Below are positions 49,400 through 59,908 of a DNA stretch of 64,000 nucleotides, piece after piece. The stretch covers positions 6,086 through 70,085 of the forward strand of contig CALEUQ010000008.1 in NCBI GenBank assembly GCA_937920495.1. Reading direction: 5' to 3'. The notes beneath the pieces are model-generated. The model ran no database searches. It saw only the letters and a list, made by a program, of their open reading frames with translations, and had not been told where the DNA came from. How positions within the stretch are numbered: the stretch's first letter is position 1; the number at the start of each line of letters is the position of its first letter. The position numbers and the translations under genes are program-made. This DNA comes from an uncultured bacterium (GTDB taxonomy: Bacteria > Spirochaetota > UBA4802 > UB4802).

Positions 49400-50927
49400 G
49401 AAGTATTTTGTCAATATCCTCAAATACAGGATATTTTTCAAACCGTGCCTTGATGAAGGTACTATCAATATGCTTTTTTTTAATCATCGTCAATAACCTA
49501 TCAGCAGCATAGCTGTGTTCCACAAAACGTTTCATTGCATAATCGGCAAAGCTTCCCGTTGAAATCATAAACTGCCAGTCTGATGCTGATGCAAGCATAA
49601 GTTCCCTTGCACATTGCTGCACTGCAGGTTCATTGCTATATACTATTTTGGCAAACCTGTATAATAATCCTTCAAGTTGCACAACACTATTTCGCACCTT
49701 TGCATTGTACCACGTAGAAAAATCATTACCCCTGCCCCACGATGATTCCACGGGATGAACGGTTTCCATATCATACTGTAATAGCTCCTGCGGTGTTATA
49801 CAGATTATATCATCACGCAACGCAATCTTTTCAAAAAGCAATTCCAGAAAAAGTGGTCCTTCAAACCACCAATGGCCAAATAGCTCTGCATCAAACGGCA
49901 ATACAAATACAGGTTTTCGTTTGATAACGCGTACAACGTCATGTGCGCGCTCAACTATCGCAGCAATAAAATCATCCACCTGCTGCTGCACCACATTCAT
50001 AGCCTTCTTTGCGTTGTAATATTCCTTCTGGTCGCTTCCGCTTATCGCATAAATTTTTAAACCCAATAGTCTATGATCATTGTCTGGCGATAGCTCCGGT
50101 AATTCATACATTGCATCTCTATGAAACTCCCTGTAGGCAGGATTACCCGGATATCCCAGCTTGGAAGACCAGATCTTCATGGAAAGCACAGCATCGCGTG
50201 GAAAGAGCACCAGCCCCGCAGAAGTTCTAAGCGGAGAGAAGTTACCTGTTGCAGGAATATTCTTTGCGTACAGTACACTGGTGTCATTGACTATAGTATA
50301 TGCAATTGAATTGCCATGCAAAAGCTCATCACAACCTGCATAATAACCCAATTCAGGAAGCCAGAAACCTTTTGGCATTATCCCAAACTTTTTTACAAAT
50401 GTATGAATCCCTGTCATAACCTGGAGATTAACAAATTCAGGATATGTTCTGTACAGCGGGAAGAAAGGATGTGTTCCAGCAGTAGTAAACAATTCAATGG
50501 AATTATTTTTGAATAATTCTCCAAATGCATCTACACATTTTCCGTGTATATCATCAAAAAAAGCAAGGGAATGTGTTATAAACGTGTTATAAAAATCCAG
50601 TGCACTCTGTGCATGTGTATTCTTTTTTTTAAGTAGTGTAGCAGCTTCAATCAGTGTATATGCCCATTTTTTAAATCGCGTATGATAGTACGCCTGCTCC
50701 AACATAGTAATTAGCGCAGGACTTATGGAAAGAGCAAAAGATGGCGTGATATGTTTTTGAATGAGCCTGTGACACATCTGAAGAAGGGGAATATAACACT
50801 CCGCTATGTTTTGATATAACCAGATCTCTTCCAGTGGGAATGCAGCTAAAGGATTCCTGACATACGGAAGGTGTGCATGCAGAATGATACATAGCTTGGT
50901 TGCATTGGTATGTGAGCGAGCGGTCAT
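49380..50927 (-). CDS. GH57-type 1,4-alpha-glucan branching enzyme
   Basis: 'CIILHAHLPYVRNP' is the GH57 N-terminal signature shared with the Thermus/Thermococcus branching enzymes. The length and C-terminal helical domain fit DUF1957. Confidence 0.65.
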   Translation of the reverse strand: MTARSHTNATKLCIILHAHLPYVRNPLAAFPLEEIWLYQNIAECYIPLLQMCHRLIQKHITPSFALSISPALITMLEQAYYHTRFKKWAYTLIEAATLLKKKNTHAQSALDFYNTFITHSLAFFDDIHGKCVDAFGELFKNNSIELFTTAGTHPFFPLYRTYPEFVNLQVMTGIHTFVKKFGIMPKGFWLPELGYYAGCDELLHGNSIAYTIVNDTSVLYAKNIPATGNFSPLRTSAGLVLFPRDAVLSMKIWSSKLGYPGNPAYREFHRDAMYELPELSPDNDHRLLGLKIYAISGSDQKEYYNAKKAMNVVQQQVDDFIAAIVERAHDVVRVIKRKPVFVLPFDAELFGHWWFEGPLFLELLFEKIALRDDIICITPQELLQYDMETVHPVESSWGRGNDFSTWYNAKVRNSVVQLEGLLYRFAKIVYSNEPAVQQCARELMLASASDWQFMISTGSFADYAMKRFVEHSYAADRLLTMIKKKHIDSTFIKARFEKYPVFEDIDKILPIPVRQ

Positions 50928-51349
50928 GAAGAAAGGCGCTTTTCATCTGCCAGGTGTATAGAATTTAATGCATGAATTTCCTTAGTAAATGTTGGTATTG
51001 TATCTTTCAAGTTTTCAGGTGATAGCGGCAATGTAATAACATCCGATTCAAAAATAATCTCTTCGCCTTTTCCTTCTATAGCTGTCATCAGCATTACTTT
51101 TATGGTGCAGCCATGCAAATGATCACCAACTGATACAATCCAGTGATTATTCCTTCCAAAGACATCTATTTGCTGGTCCAGTATCCATTGTGTACCATGC
51201 AATTTCACAACCCTCAAGAATAACACCGGATCTCCATATACATCAGCTACAGCATGTGATACAATGGTATCCCAGTCATCATTATCAATAGCCCAGTGCA
51301 CATGCATCAGTGAAAACGATGGCAAATGCACAGTAAAATAGCCGGACAT
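50924..51349 (-). CDS. Hypothetical protein
   Basis: 141 aa. Its stop overlaps the GH57 branching-enzyme start (ATGA). Confidence 0.35.
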   Translation of the reverse strand: MSGYFTVHLPSFSLMHVHWAIDNDDWDTIVSHAVADVYGDPVLFLRVVKLHGTQWILDQQIDVFGRNNHWIVSVGDHLHGCTIKVMLMTAIEGKGEEIIFESDVITLPLSPENLKDTIPTFTKEIHALNSIHLADEKRLSS

Positions 51350-51361
51350 ATTTACCTCCTT

Positions 51362-52387
51362 TCACCAGCGTGCATGGTGTTCTTCGGCCCACCCAATAAT
51401 ATTTTTTACTTCTATCCTTTTACCATTACTATCTACAACAAATCCATTATACATACCAAAAAGCTGATGTACTTCACTTGTGATAACCAGAAGATTGGAT
51501 TTTGCTACTCTTTCAAAAAAAGGTGTAAACGTTAACCCTAACCTGCCATCATTGGAACCAAAATACCATGGTTTCATGAAATTTGTGTTATCGTAATTAA
51601 ATTTCACTTTATCAAGCTTATGAATACGCCCGTGTATAAAAAAACAATTTTCTGTGGCATACGATAAATCGCCAAAACCTTCACCTAAATTTAACCCAAA
51701 AGGAGTGCCATCTGGCAAAAACCATGACGCACTTGCCCAGTTCCAGAAGCTTTTATACTCCCACACTCCCCTGCCCCAATCCAGGGTTGCAAGAGCATTT
51801 AGACTAAAACTATATTCCCTCCCATCCAGAATAAATGCACCACGTGAAGGCATACAATTGATTTTTTGATTGTAGTAAAATCGCTTTTTCCCAATAGGTG
51901 TCATCATCACAATAGAGTCACGTGGTGTCTGCTTTATAATCCAGTGTGCGTGAAAACCCTTTCCTTTACCAAACTGTGGCCAGTTAACATATACCTCTCG
52001 CTCAATTCCCTTCTTTCTAAATGCAAAGGTTATATCATCTTTTTTGAAGTAACTGTCGTCTTCACTTGACCGCCCCAAGCTAAATCCTTTTCCCAACGGA
52101 GTTATGAGTGTATCTTCAATATACTGCTTTGTGTTAAAATCAATAAAATATACAAATATAAGGCCTGCATATCCAATATGTGAGATAGTTGCTGAGACAA
52201 AATAATCTTTTGTTGTTATACCGTAATAATCCCACTCCTTTGTACGTATTTTATTTAACCACGATAAGGGATACACAGAAATATTTTCAGGATTATATGT
52301 TTTTACAGGGATATTTGAATACCCTTTTTCTATAAGTTCCCCATGCGCATCAAGCAAATCACCCCGGTGGGATATACACTGTTGCAT
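51362..52387 (-). CDS. Hypothetical Trp-rich protein (DUF2804-like?)
   Basis: 341 aa. 'LDWGRGVWEYKSFWNWASASWFLPDGTPFGLNLGEGFGD' recalls DUF2804-family proteins. The assignment is from memory only. Confidence 0.35.
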   Translation of the reverse strand: MQQCISHRGDLLDAHGELIEKGYSNIPVKTYNPENISVYPLSWLNKIRTKEWDYYGITTKDYFVSATISHIGYAGLIFVYFIDFNTKQYIEDTLITPLGKGFSLGRSSEDDSYFKKDDITFAFRKKGIEREVYVNWPQFGKGKGFHAHWIIKQTPRDSIVMMTPIGKKRFYYNQKINCMPSRGAFILDGREYSFSLNALATLDWGRGVWEYKSFWNWASASWFLPDGTPFGLNLGEGFGDLSYATENCFFIHGRIHKLDKVKFNYDNTNFMKPWYFGSNDGRLGLTFTPFFERVAKSNLLVITSEVHQLFGMYNGFVVDSNGKRIEVKNIIGWAEEHHARW

Positions 52388-53020
52388 ACCAATACCTCTT
52401 TTTTTTTAAATAATAGACAATAAAAATTCATACGTCAAGCAATTATTTTTTTTATGATTTTACTAGAAAATAGCATTTGGTCTTTACATAAAGTTATAAA
52501 TACTTTATAATTTATAATTTTTATCCCGAGGGGATTGAATATCAATAACTCTGTATAAAGTACAAAATATGCATATACCTCATACCCATTATAGATGGGA
52601 TTGATTGTATAGTACTATATTAATTTGTGAGTACATGTAAATGGATTATATTTAATCGATAGTATGACCACCGTTTTGAATGTATTTATAAAATTATATA
52701 AGACGCACAATTTCTTCACTTCACTGAAAATTCATTCATTATGTTGAAAAAAATAGTCCGTATGTACGGTATACACAACATATGTCCGTTTTTCCATACA
52801 TATTTTTGATTACAATACCCTTTTTCTATATTTTTATATGACATATTAATTATAATTGTTTATTTATCTTTATATTTTTTCCATTATTCTATACAAAATT
52901 AATGTGTTTTTCCTTACAATGCATAGATCATTGACTAAAATTTAAAAATTTTTCCTATTTTATAAAAAAAATTAAATTTTTTACTTGACGCTGGCATATG
53001 ATTTGCTTATATATAATAGT

Positions 53021-53119
53021 GAGCTGGGAAAATCCTGGTACACAACAATTTCCTTCCAAAGTATTCCGCTATGCTTTTGTAAAGCTAAGAGGTAATCGCC
53101 CGATTACCTCTCTTTTTTT
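53021..53119 (+). ncRNA. Candidate small RNA (unknown family) bounded by sigma70-like promoter and intrinsic terminator
   Basis: TTGACG (52985-52990), 17 nt, TATATA (53008-53013), then about 65 nt. A GAGGTAATC-GCCC-GATTACCTC hairpin plus TCTTTTTTT lies at 53089-53119. No ORF on either strand. Confidence 0.3.
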
Positions 53120-54566
53120 ATTCTACTATAATCTCATCAGGTATCTTATACAGTGAAATATTTTCAGCACACCATGTTCTAATCATCTCTGCGGATACTT
53201 GTGTTCCAGGTTTTGGTTTTATGATAGCAACCAGCCATTCCCTGGTACTATCGCCCAGGAATTCAACATGTCCTGTTACACGTACACTCTGTATAACAGG
53301 GTTGTACAATAATAACCTCTCTACCTCTTTAGGATACACGTTGTACCCATTTTTCAGCACCATATCTTTTTTTCGCCCGGTTATAAATAAATAGCCATCA
53401 TTATCAAAATAGCCAATATCCCCTGTATAAAGCCAACCATCTTTAATATATTCTTTCGTTTTTTCCGGATTATTATAATAATGCTTTATCACATTCATTC
53501 CTTTCACAATTATCTGGCCATGGTTGCCTAAAACTTCAGTGTCCCTTACCACGTGCACCTGGTTATAAGGCATCGGTTTGCCTATCGAGCCCATCTTATT
53601 TACTATGCCCGGCATATTCCAGCTTACAATAGGCGATGCCTCTGTCAGGCCGTACCCCTGACGTATGTCTACTCCCCTATCGGCATACCATTGCTGAAGC
53701 GAAAGGGGAAGATAATCTCCACCACTTACCCACAATTGTATATGATTAAAAGTATTCCCGCGCTCAAATAGCCCTTTCATTATAGCATACATGGCAGGAA
53801 CTCCCACAAACACACCTACTTCCTTATTTGACAGTGTTCGCACTAATTTTTTTAGTGAAAATTTTTCAACAAGCTCAATAGAAGCATTTTTAATCATCGG
53901 CACAACAAGCGATGAGGTAAGCCCAAATGCATGAAATAACGGAAGTACCGCAACAGACACTGAAGCAGACTCAGGCATCATCTGAGCTACTGTGTGAGCA
54001 CTCTGGTAAATGCCATAATGGGTAAGAACTGCACCAAGTGCAAAGCCATCCATTGCTGAAGTAAAGATTATTGCTGCAGCATCAGTATTCTCCTGTACAT
54101 AATGGCTGTCACTTGCATCAGCATATATAATTGAATCCATTGATGTATATTTATCACTATCATCTATGGTAATTACTTTGTTTAAATCTTTAATAACGTT
54201 ACACTGCACAAGCCTGTCCGCCATACCGCTATCTGTTATGAGACATGCTGGTTGTGTCACATTAGAATAATGTTGCAATTCATACTGTCGCGCGAGAGGA
54301 TTAACAAGCACGGGGATAGCATTACACTGCAAAATGGCAAAAAAAGTATAGATAAAATATGGCGTGTTCCCGATTTGCATAATCACCGTAGAGCCACTGT
54401 GGACTCCAAGCTGTCGCAATGCGTGTGCAATTTTATGTACATTATGCAGTGCGTCCTTATAGTACACTGGAACACTGTTATAGTATAACATTATTTTTCC
54501 AGGGAATCTCAATGCATTTTCCTGGAAAAGTTCATACAGATTGCAGGTAAACTGCTGACTACACAT
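53118..54566 (-). CDS. AMP-dependent synthetase/ligase (acyl-CoA synthetase family)
   Basis: AMP-binding motifs, C-terminal 'YTGDIGYFDNDGYLFITGRKKD.V'. Confidence 0.75.
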   Translation of the reverse strand: MCSQQFTCNLYELFQENALRFPGKIMLYYNSVPVYYKDALHNVHKIAHALRQLGVHSGSTVIMQIGNTPYFIYTFFAILQCNAIPVLVNPLARQYELQHYSNVTQPACLITDSGMADRLVQCNVIKDLNKVITIDDSDKYTSMDSIIYADASDSHYVQENTDAAAIIFTSAMDGFALGAVLTHYGIYQSAHTVAQMMPESASVSVAVLPLFHAFGLTSSLVVPMIKNASIELVEKFSLKKLVRTLSNKEVGVFVGVPAMYAIMKGLFERGNTFNHIQLWVSGGDYLPLSLQQWYADRGVDIRQGYGLTEASPIVSWNMPGIVNKMGSIGKPMPYNQVHVVRDTEVLGNHGQIIVKGMNVIKHYYNNPEKTKEYIKDGWLYTGDIGYFDNDGYLFITGRKKDMVLKNGYNVYPKEVERLLLYNPVIQSVRVTGHVEFLGDSTREWLVAIIKPKPGTQVSAEMIRTWCAENISLYKIPDEIIVE

Positions 54567-54661
54567 GTTTCATTTCCTTTTTTTAGCGATACTTCATGAT
54601 ATCACACTCTATCCTTAAAAGACAAGTAAATGTTTAATGAAGTACTGATGATTTTCTTGAC

Positions 54662-55237
54662 TTGTACATAAGATTCAGTATACTACTTACGATTATCACG
54701 AATTATTACTTACAATTATTTTATGAATTACCTTTTGTACACCACCGCCCCGGGCGGCAGTGCATATTATTATATAGTATCCAACGAGAATTTATGATTG
54801 TTCTAACGTTTATTATCATTTTACAAATATCACTTGCCGTCCATGTCTATTATATTATACGCTATATCTCAAAAAAACAGGATAAAGACTTCAAAGGTTT
54901 TCTTTTTACCTCAATGATTAATATTTTTTTGGGGATATTCCTGTCAGTATTTATTTTACTATTCCCGCAGGAACTTAAGGCCATTAATATAGAACGTATT
55001 CTGTTTATTGAATCCGGGGTAATTTTTTTTGGTATGCTGTATGTAAAGACAAAAATTGCCGTCAATATTTATAAACGAACAAAAGATCCCCGGTATTTCC
55101 ATTATTCATATTTTGGTAAAAAGGTATTGCACCCCAATGTTGTAAAAATGCCCGAACTTTTTACCTACTTTTTAACACTTCCGCTTACACTTGTGTGTGG
55201 CGCATATTTCATAGTAAAATTAGGGTGTGGTAAATAA
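54662..55237 (+). CDS. Hypothetical small membrane protein
   Basis: Four or five TM helices. Start uncertain. Confidence 0.3.
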   Translation: MYIRFSILLTIITNYYLQLFYELPFVHHRPGRQCILLYSIQREFMIVLTFIIILQISLAVHVYYIIRYISKKQDKDFKGFLFTSMINIFLGIFLSVFILLFPQELKAINIERILFIESGVIFFGMLYVKTKIAVNIYKRTKDPRYFHYSYFGKKVLHPNVVKMPELFTYFLTLPLTLVCGAYFIVKLGCGK

Positions 55238-55241
55238 CATA

Positions 55242-56351
55242 TCAACGTTTTGCATTTTGTATAATAGACAGCACCAGTGCCGCAACATTTACCAGATCCG
55301 GTATCATGATATATTCTTTTGTGGTATGTACCTGCCGCATGCCTGATGAAAGGTTTATTGCTTTAATTGCATGTGCATTGAAGATATTGGTATCACTGCC
55401 TCCCCCTGAAACCGCCAGAGTGGGCTTTATTCCTATACCTTTTAAAGCATTACAGGCAATAGAAACGATGGTGTCGCTGTTCGTAATGGTGTACCCTTCA
55501 TAATCCATTGTACTTTCAATCTTTACTTTTGCTTTATGTTTTTGTGAAATTTTTTTTGCAATTGTCTCAATCTCTTTTTTTACTGAAAGTACCCTGGATT
55601 TCTGCCGTGAACGGGTTTCAAGTGTACATTCTGCTTCCTCCGCAACAATATTGGTTGCCCGCCCACCCTTTATTATTCCAACATTTGCAGTGGTTTCTTT
55701 ATCCAGCCTTCCATGAGGAATGGCAGCGATAATTTCTGATAGGACCCTGATAGCACTTACCCCTTTTTCAGGTTCCATGCCAGCATGTGCAGCCTTTCCT
55801 TTAACAATAATCTTCATGCTGATATGGTAGGGTGCGGCCACAATGATTTTCCCTACAGGGCCATCGCTGTCAAAGACAAACGCATACTGTGCCCTAACCT
55901 GCGAAAGGTCAAACCCCTTTACCCCACACAATCCTACTTCTTCAGCACATGAAAACAAAAACTCTATATGTCCATGAGGTATATTTTTTTCTTTTAGTAT
56001 TGTTATTGCTTCAAGGAATGCAGCTATGGCCGATTTATCATCTGCACCCAGGATTGTTCTTCCATCTGATACTATCCTGTTATCTTTCACCAACGGCTGT
56101 ATGTTTTCGCATGGCGTCACGGTATCCATATGGCATGAAAAAAGAACTGGAATGTACCCCCCATCACCGTGAATACGTATTACCACATTGTGTGAACTGT
56201 TACATGGGTATAGTACGCATTCAACACCTAATTTTTCTGATTTTTGTGTGATATAATCAATAACCCCTTTTTCTGCCCATGAAGGGGACGCTATTTTGGC
56301 CAGATCAATAAATGTTGTAACCAATCTTTCACTGTTAATTAAATCTTTCAT
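55242..56351 (-). CDS. M20-family metallopeptidase (PepT/ArgE-like)
   Basis: 'SCHMDTV', 'LGADDKSAIAA', 'SCAEEVG' are metal-ligand motifs of M20 peptidases. Confidence 0.65.
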   Translation of the reverse strand: MKDLINSERLVTTFIDLAKIASPSWAEKGVIDYITQKSEKLGVECVLYPCNSSHNVVIRIHGDGGYIPVLFSCHMDTVTPCENIQPLVKDNRIVSDGRTILGADDKSAIAAFLEAITILKEKNIPHGHIEFLFSCAEEVGLCGVKGFDLSQVRAQYAFVFDSDGPVGKIIVAAPYHISMKIIVKGKAAHAGMEPEKGVSAIRVLSEIIAAIPHGRLDKETTANVGIIKGGRATNIVAEEAECTLETRSRQKSRVLSVKKEIETIAKKISQKHKAKVKIESTMDYEGYTITNSDTIVSIACNALKGIGIKPTLAVSGGGSDTNIFNAHAIKAINLSSGMRQVHTTKEYIMIPDLVNVAALVLSIIQNAKR

Positions 56352-56360
56352 GGTACTCTC

Positions 56361-58844
56361 TCAGTAATATTTTGCAGTTATTTTTTTTATTCTTACACTG
56401 TACTCATCAATTCTTCTATCACGCGCCTTTTCAGTTATTCCTTCACAATATATATGCACAGAAGGCTGCATGGTGTCCGGAAGAATTAAAATCCACCCAT
56501 CATCATGAACAACTCTTACACCATCAATTAACTCTACATTACCATCCGCCGTTGAAGCTATCTCCCTCATAACCGCAGCCTTGGCATCAACCGGACATGG
56601 CAATACAATATGATACATATTGGATAGAGGCAACTCACGGCAAATATCAGATAATTTTTTTCCTTCCCGTGCAACCAGCTCAAGCAAGAGCAAAAATGCA
56701 ATCATTGGGTCATATTCATACATACTATGTGGATACACAGATCTTGCATTTTTGGAAAATAGTCTAAACTCATCTTCAAAAACAAGCGTTCTGGCAACCC
56801 GTTTGATTATCACATTCTTTTCTTTAGCAATAGTCTCCAATCTTGACGATGAAATAACAGGTATACATAACTCTTCCACTTTCCTGTATCGTATAAACAA
56901 TAAACCCAGCAGGCTTGTAATATCGTCCCACTGTAAAATATTGCCCTCTTCATCAACAACAGTTACCTGTTCCCCATGCGGGCCTACTATCACACCAATT
57001 TCATTATTCAGTTTTGCAAGATTTTTAATCCCATTTATTGAATCCCTGCTTTCATTTCGTATCTCTTCAGTACTGTTGAATTCTCTAATCTGCCCCCGCA
57101 GCACTGTGGCAGTACATGAAAATGCAGCCAGAAGTGAAGGGAAGATATGTGTGGTAGTACCATAAAAACAGTCAACTATCACATTACACTGTTTTCTTGC
57201 TATTATCTCCCTGTTCACAAAATTTGAAACAAACATGATATACGATTCAACATTGTGAGTGGGATAGTATAATCTACCAACCTCAAAGGCACTGCTTCGG
57301 GGATAGTCTCCCCTGAAAAATATATTTTCAATTTTCCTTCTTTCCACATTACCAAGTTCAAAACCTTTTTTGTCAAAAATCCTGATAAGGTTAAACTGCA
57401 GATCAGTATGCGGCGAGATCTGAACATAAATCCCCATATCAGCATTTTCATATACAACAGAATATTTATTTATTGGAAGGCTGGCTATTTCAAGGTCAAA
57501 TACCTCTACACCCATGGATAACAACCCAGCCGTCAGGGCACGCTTGATAAGACGTGAAGCACGGGTAGTATCTCTGCTTACAATGACCCTTTTATTCTTA
57601 CCTAAAAAAGCGCCAATGGCCGAACCCAATTTTGCAGCAAACTCTGGTGTAATCTTTATATTAAAAGAACCATAGATACCTTCACTGGAAAACAGGATCT
57701 TTTTTTCGGTTTTGCCCCATATAAGGTCAGAATTAAGTTGTGCACCCTGGTCAATGATCTTTTCCGGCCATATTCGTATCCCTGAAGAAATCTTAGCATT
57801 GTTGCCTATCTGGCAGTCATCACTGATTACTGCACCCTCATAGATTGAAACAGTATCTTCAATAACATTGCGTTTGCCAATAATGGCACCACGTATCTCA
57901 GTCTTTGTACCAATAATGGTATTATGCAACACAACACTTCTTCGCACAGAAGCATTTTCATGAATGACTGTATTATCACCAATGACACTGTAATCTGAAA
58001 CCTCGGCACCTTTTTTAATTTTCACATAATTACCAAGCACAACGGGACCAATTATAGTTGCATCAGGATGAATTTCCACATCCACTCCTGCCCATATATA
58101 TTCGCCAATTTTTTTACCAGGGAATGGAATTTTAACCATACCATTTAGTATATCCTGATGTACTCTACGGTATGCATCCAGGTTGCCAATATCGCACCAG
58201 TAGCCATCCGAAATATATCCGTAGATGGGGATTTTATTCTTTTGCAATAGCGGGAAAAGGTCATAGGAAAAATCAAATTTTTCATTCTCAGGCACAAACC
58301 TGTCCATTATCTCAGATTCAATGACATACAGCCCTGTATTAACGGTGTCGCTGAAAACCTCTCCCCATGATGGCTTTTCCAGAAACCTTTCTATGGTGCC
58401 ATCCTCACGCGTAATCACAATACCATACTCAACAGGGTCCGGAACGCGGGTCAGGGCGATAGTAACCGGGGAATTGTTCTTTTTGTGAAAATTAATAATA
58501 TCCTGTAAATTGAAATCATAGATACCATCGCCACTCAATACAATACATGTGTCATCATAATCTTTTAACGCCAATTTCACTCCGCCCGCAGTTCCTAAAG
58601 GCAATTCCTCAATACTGTAATCTATTGAAACCTCCCAAAAAGTGCCATCACCAAAATAATTGACAACATTTTCTGGCAAATAAAATAAACTCATTGTGAT
58701 ATCAATAATACCATACTGTTTAAGCAAATGTACGGTGTATTCCAAAACTGGCCTGTTAAGTACCGGTATCATTGGTTTGGGCCTATTACACGTTAAAGGC
58801 CGTAATCGTGTACCTTCTCCACCTGCCATTATTATTGCTTTCAT
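56361..58844 (-). CDS. Sugar-1-phosphate nucleotidyltransferase / LbH / phosphomutase-like fusion protein
   Basis: 'MKAIIMAGGEGTRLRPLT..PKPMIP' is the nucleotidyltransferase signature. Hexapeptide repeats follow, then a C-terminal PGM/PMM-like domain with variant motifs. Start chosen at MKAII (58844); the listed ORF extends to 58937. Confidence 0.6.
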   Translation of the reverse strand: MKAIIMAGGEGTRLRPLTCNRPKPMIPVLNRPVLEYTVHLLKQYGIIDITMSLFYLPENVVNYFGDGTFWEVSIDYSIEELPLGTAGGVKLALKDYDDTCIVLSGDGIYDFNLQDIINFHKKNNSPVTIALTRVPDPVEYGIVITREDGTIERFLEKPSWGEVFSDTVNTGLYVIESEIMDRFVPENEKFDFSYDLFPLLQKNKIPIYGYISDGYWCDIGNLDAYRRVHQDILNGMVKIPFPGKKIGEYIWAGVDVEIHPDATIIGPVVLGNYVKIKKGAEVSDYSVIGDNTVIHENASVRRSVVLHNTIIGTKTEIRGAIIGKRNVIEDTVSIYEGAVISDDCQIGNNAKISSGIRIWPEKIIDQGAQLNSDLIWGKTEKKILFSSEGIYGSFNIKITPEFAAKLGSAIGAFLGKNKRVIVSRDTTRASRLIKRALTAGLLSMGVEVFDLEIASLPINKYSVVYENADMGIYVQISPHTDLQFNLIRIFDKKGFELGNVERRKIENIFFRGDYPRSSAFEVGRLYYPTHNVESYIMFVSNFVNREIIARKQCNVIVDCFYGTTTHIFPSLLAAFSCTATVLRGQIREFNSTEEIRNESRDSINGIKNLAKLNNEIGVIVGPHGEQVTVVDEEGNILQWDDITSLLGLLFIRYRKVEELCIPVISSSRLETIAKEKNVIIKRVARTLVFEDEFRLFSKNARSVYPHSMYEYDPMIAFLLLLELVAREGKKLSDICRELPLSNMYHIVLPCPVDAKAAVMREIASTADGNVELIDGVRVVHDDGWILILPDTMQPSVHIYCEGITEKARDRRIDEYSVRIKKITAKYY

Positions 58845-59143
58845 ATATATTCCCGGGTTTTGGAAATAGGATGTGTAATCAATAGTACTATCACATCTAT
58901 AAAGTTTCAGGTCAAGTGAAATATATATATCCTTCAAAACATTTGAATGAGTATTTCAGATAATAAAAATTGTCCAATATGCAAAGTAAAATAATTGAAA
59001 AAAAATATCACTATTAGATAGTTGGATTAATTCTTACTATAGCTCTTTATTCCTTTACCGGGCATACGTTATAAGGTAATACGCTATCTGTTTGTTATTA
59101 TTAACATTTATTTATTATATCTTAGCAATTATAGGAGCAGCTT

Positions 59144-59857
59144 ATGAGTAACCCAATTAAAGAATCAACACTGGAACGCTGGATCCAGAACCAGATGAAG
59201 ATCTGGGAGTCAGAAAAAAAGGTCATTGAAAAAGAAGACCTACCCCGTCCGTTTATCACAATTTCACGTCAATATGGATGTTTTGCAAATGAAATTGCTG
59301 AAGTTATTGCCACAAGCCTCAATGAATTTCAGCACACTGACAAATGGATTACCTACGATAAAAATCTAATTGGTAAGATCGAAGAGCGGTACAACATTTC
59401 AGAAAAGATTGTGGAAACTATCGACACAAAAAAGCGTGAAGAGATGAGCGAATTATGGCGCACCATGCTTTCTAACCTGCCACCACAGGCAGCTGTATTC
59501 CAGAAACTTGCCAGCACTATACGTTCACTGGCAATTCATGGAAATGCAATTTTAGTAGGGCGGGGTTCGGTAATCATTACAAAAGGGTTGCGCTTTGGAC
59601 TTCATCTGCGCTTTGTTGCTCCACTGCAATACCGTATTCAAAAAGTTATGGAAGTTCATAAAATTAAAGACAGGCTTACCGCAGAAAAGCTCATTGAAGA
59701 AAAAGATAAACAGCGCCACGAATTTATGACTCAATACATTAAATTTGATGCCTATGACCCTGCATCCTACGACCTTACCTTTAATATTGCCCAGTTTACA
59801 CCTGATCAGGTAGCTTCAATTGTGATTGCCGCATTGAAGGCTCGAAAGCTTATATAA
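59144..59857 (+). CDS. Cytidylate-kinase-like family (PF13189-type) protein with degenerate P-loop
   Basis: 'FITISRQYGCFANEIAE' compares with the family consensus 'ITISREYGSGG.EI'. Confidence 0.45.
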   Translation: MSNPIKESTLERWIQNQMKIWESEKKVIEKEDLPRPFITISRQYGCFANEIAEVIATSLNEFQHTDKWITYDKNLIGKIEERYNISEKIVETIDTKKREEMSELWRTMLSNLPPQAAVFQKLASTIRSLAIHGNAILVGRGSVIITKGLRFGLHLRFVAPLQYRIQKVMEVHKIKDRLTAEKLIEEKDKQRHEFMTQYIKFDAYDPASYDLTFNIAQFTPDQVASIVIAALKARKLI

Positions 59858-59870
59858 TAGTATCATCTAT

Positions 59871-59900
59871 CTATCAGATTAAAAAGGCGGTTAAAAAACC
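59871..59900. terminator. Bidirectional Rho-independent terminator
   Basis: AAAAA-GGCGGTT-AAAA-AACCGCC-TTTTGTTATTT between convergent genes. Confidence 0.7.
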
Positions 59901-59908
59901 GCCTTTTG

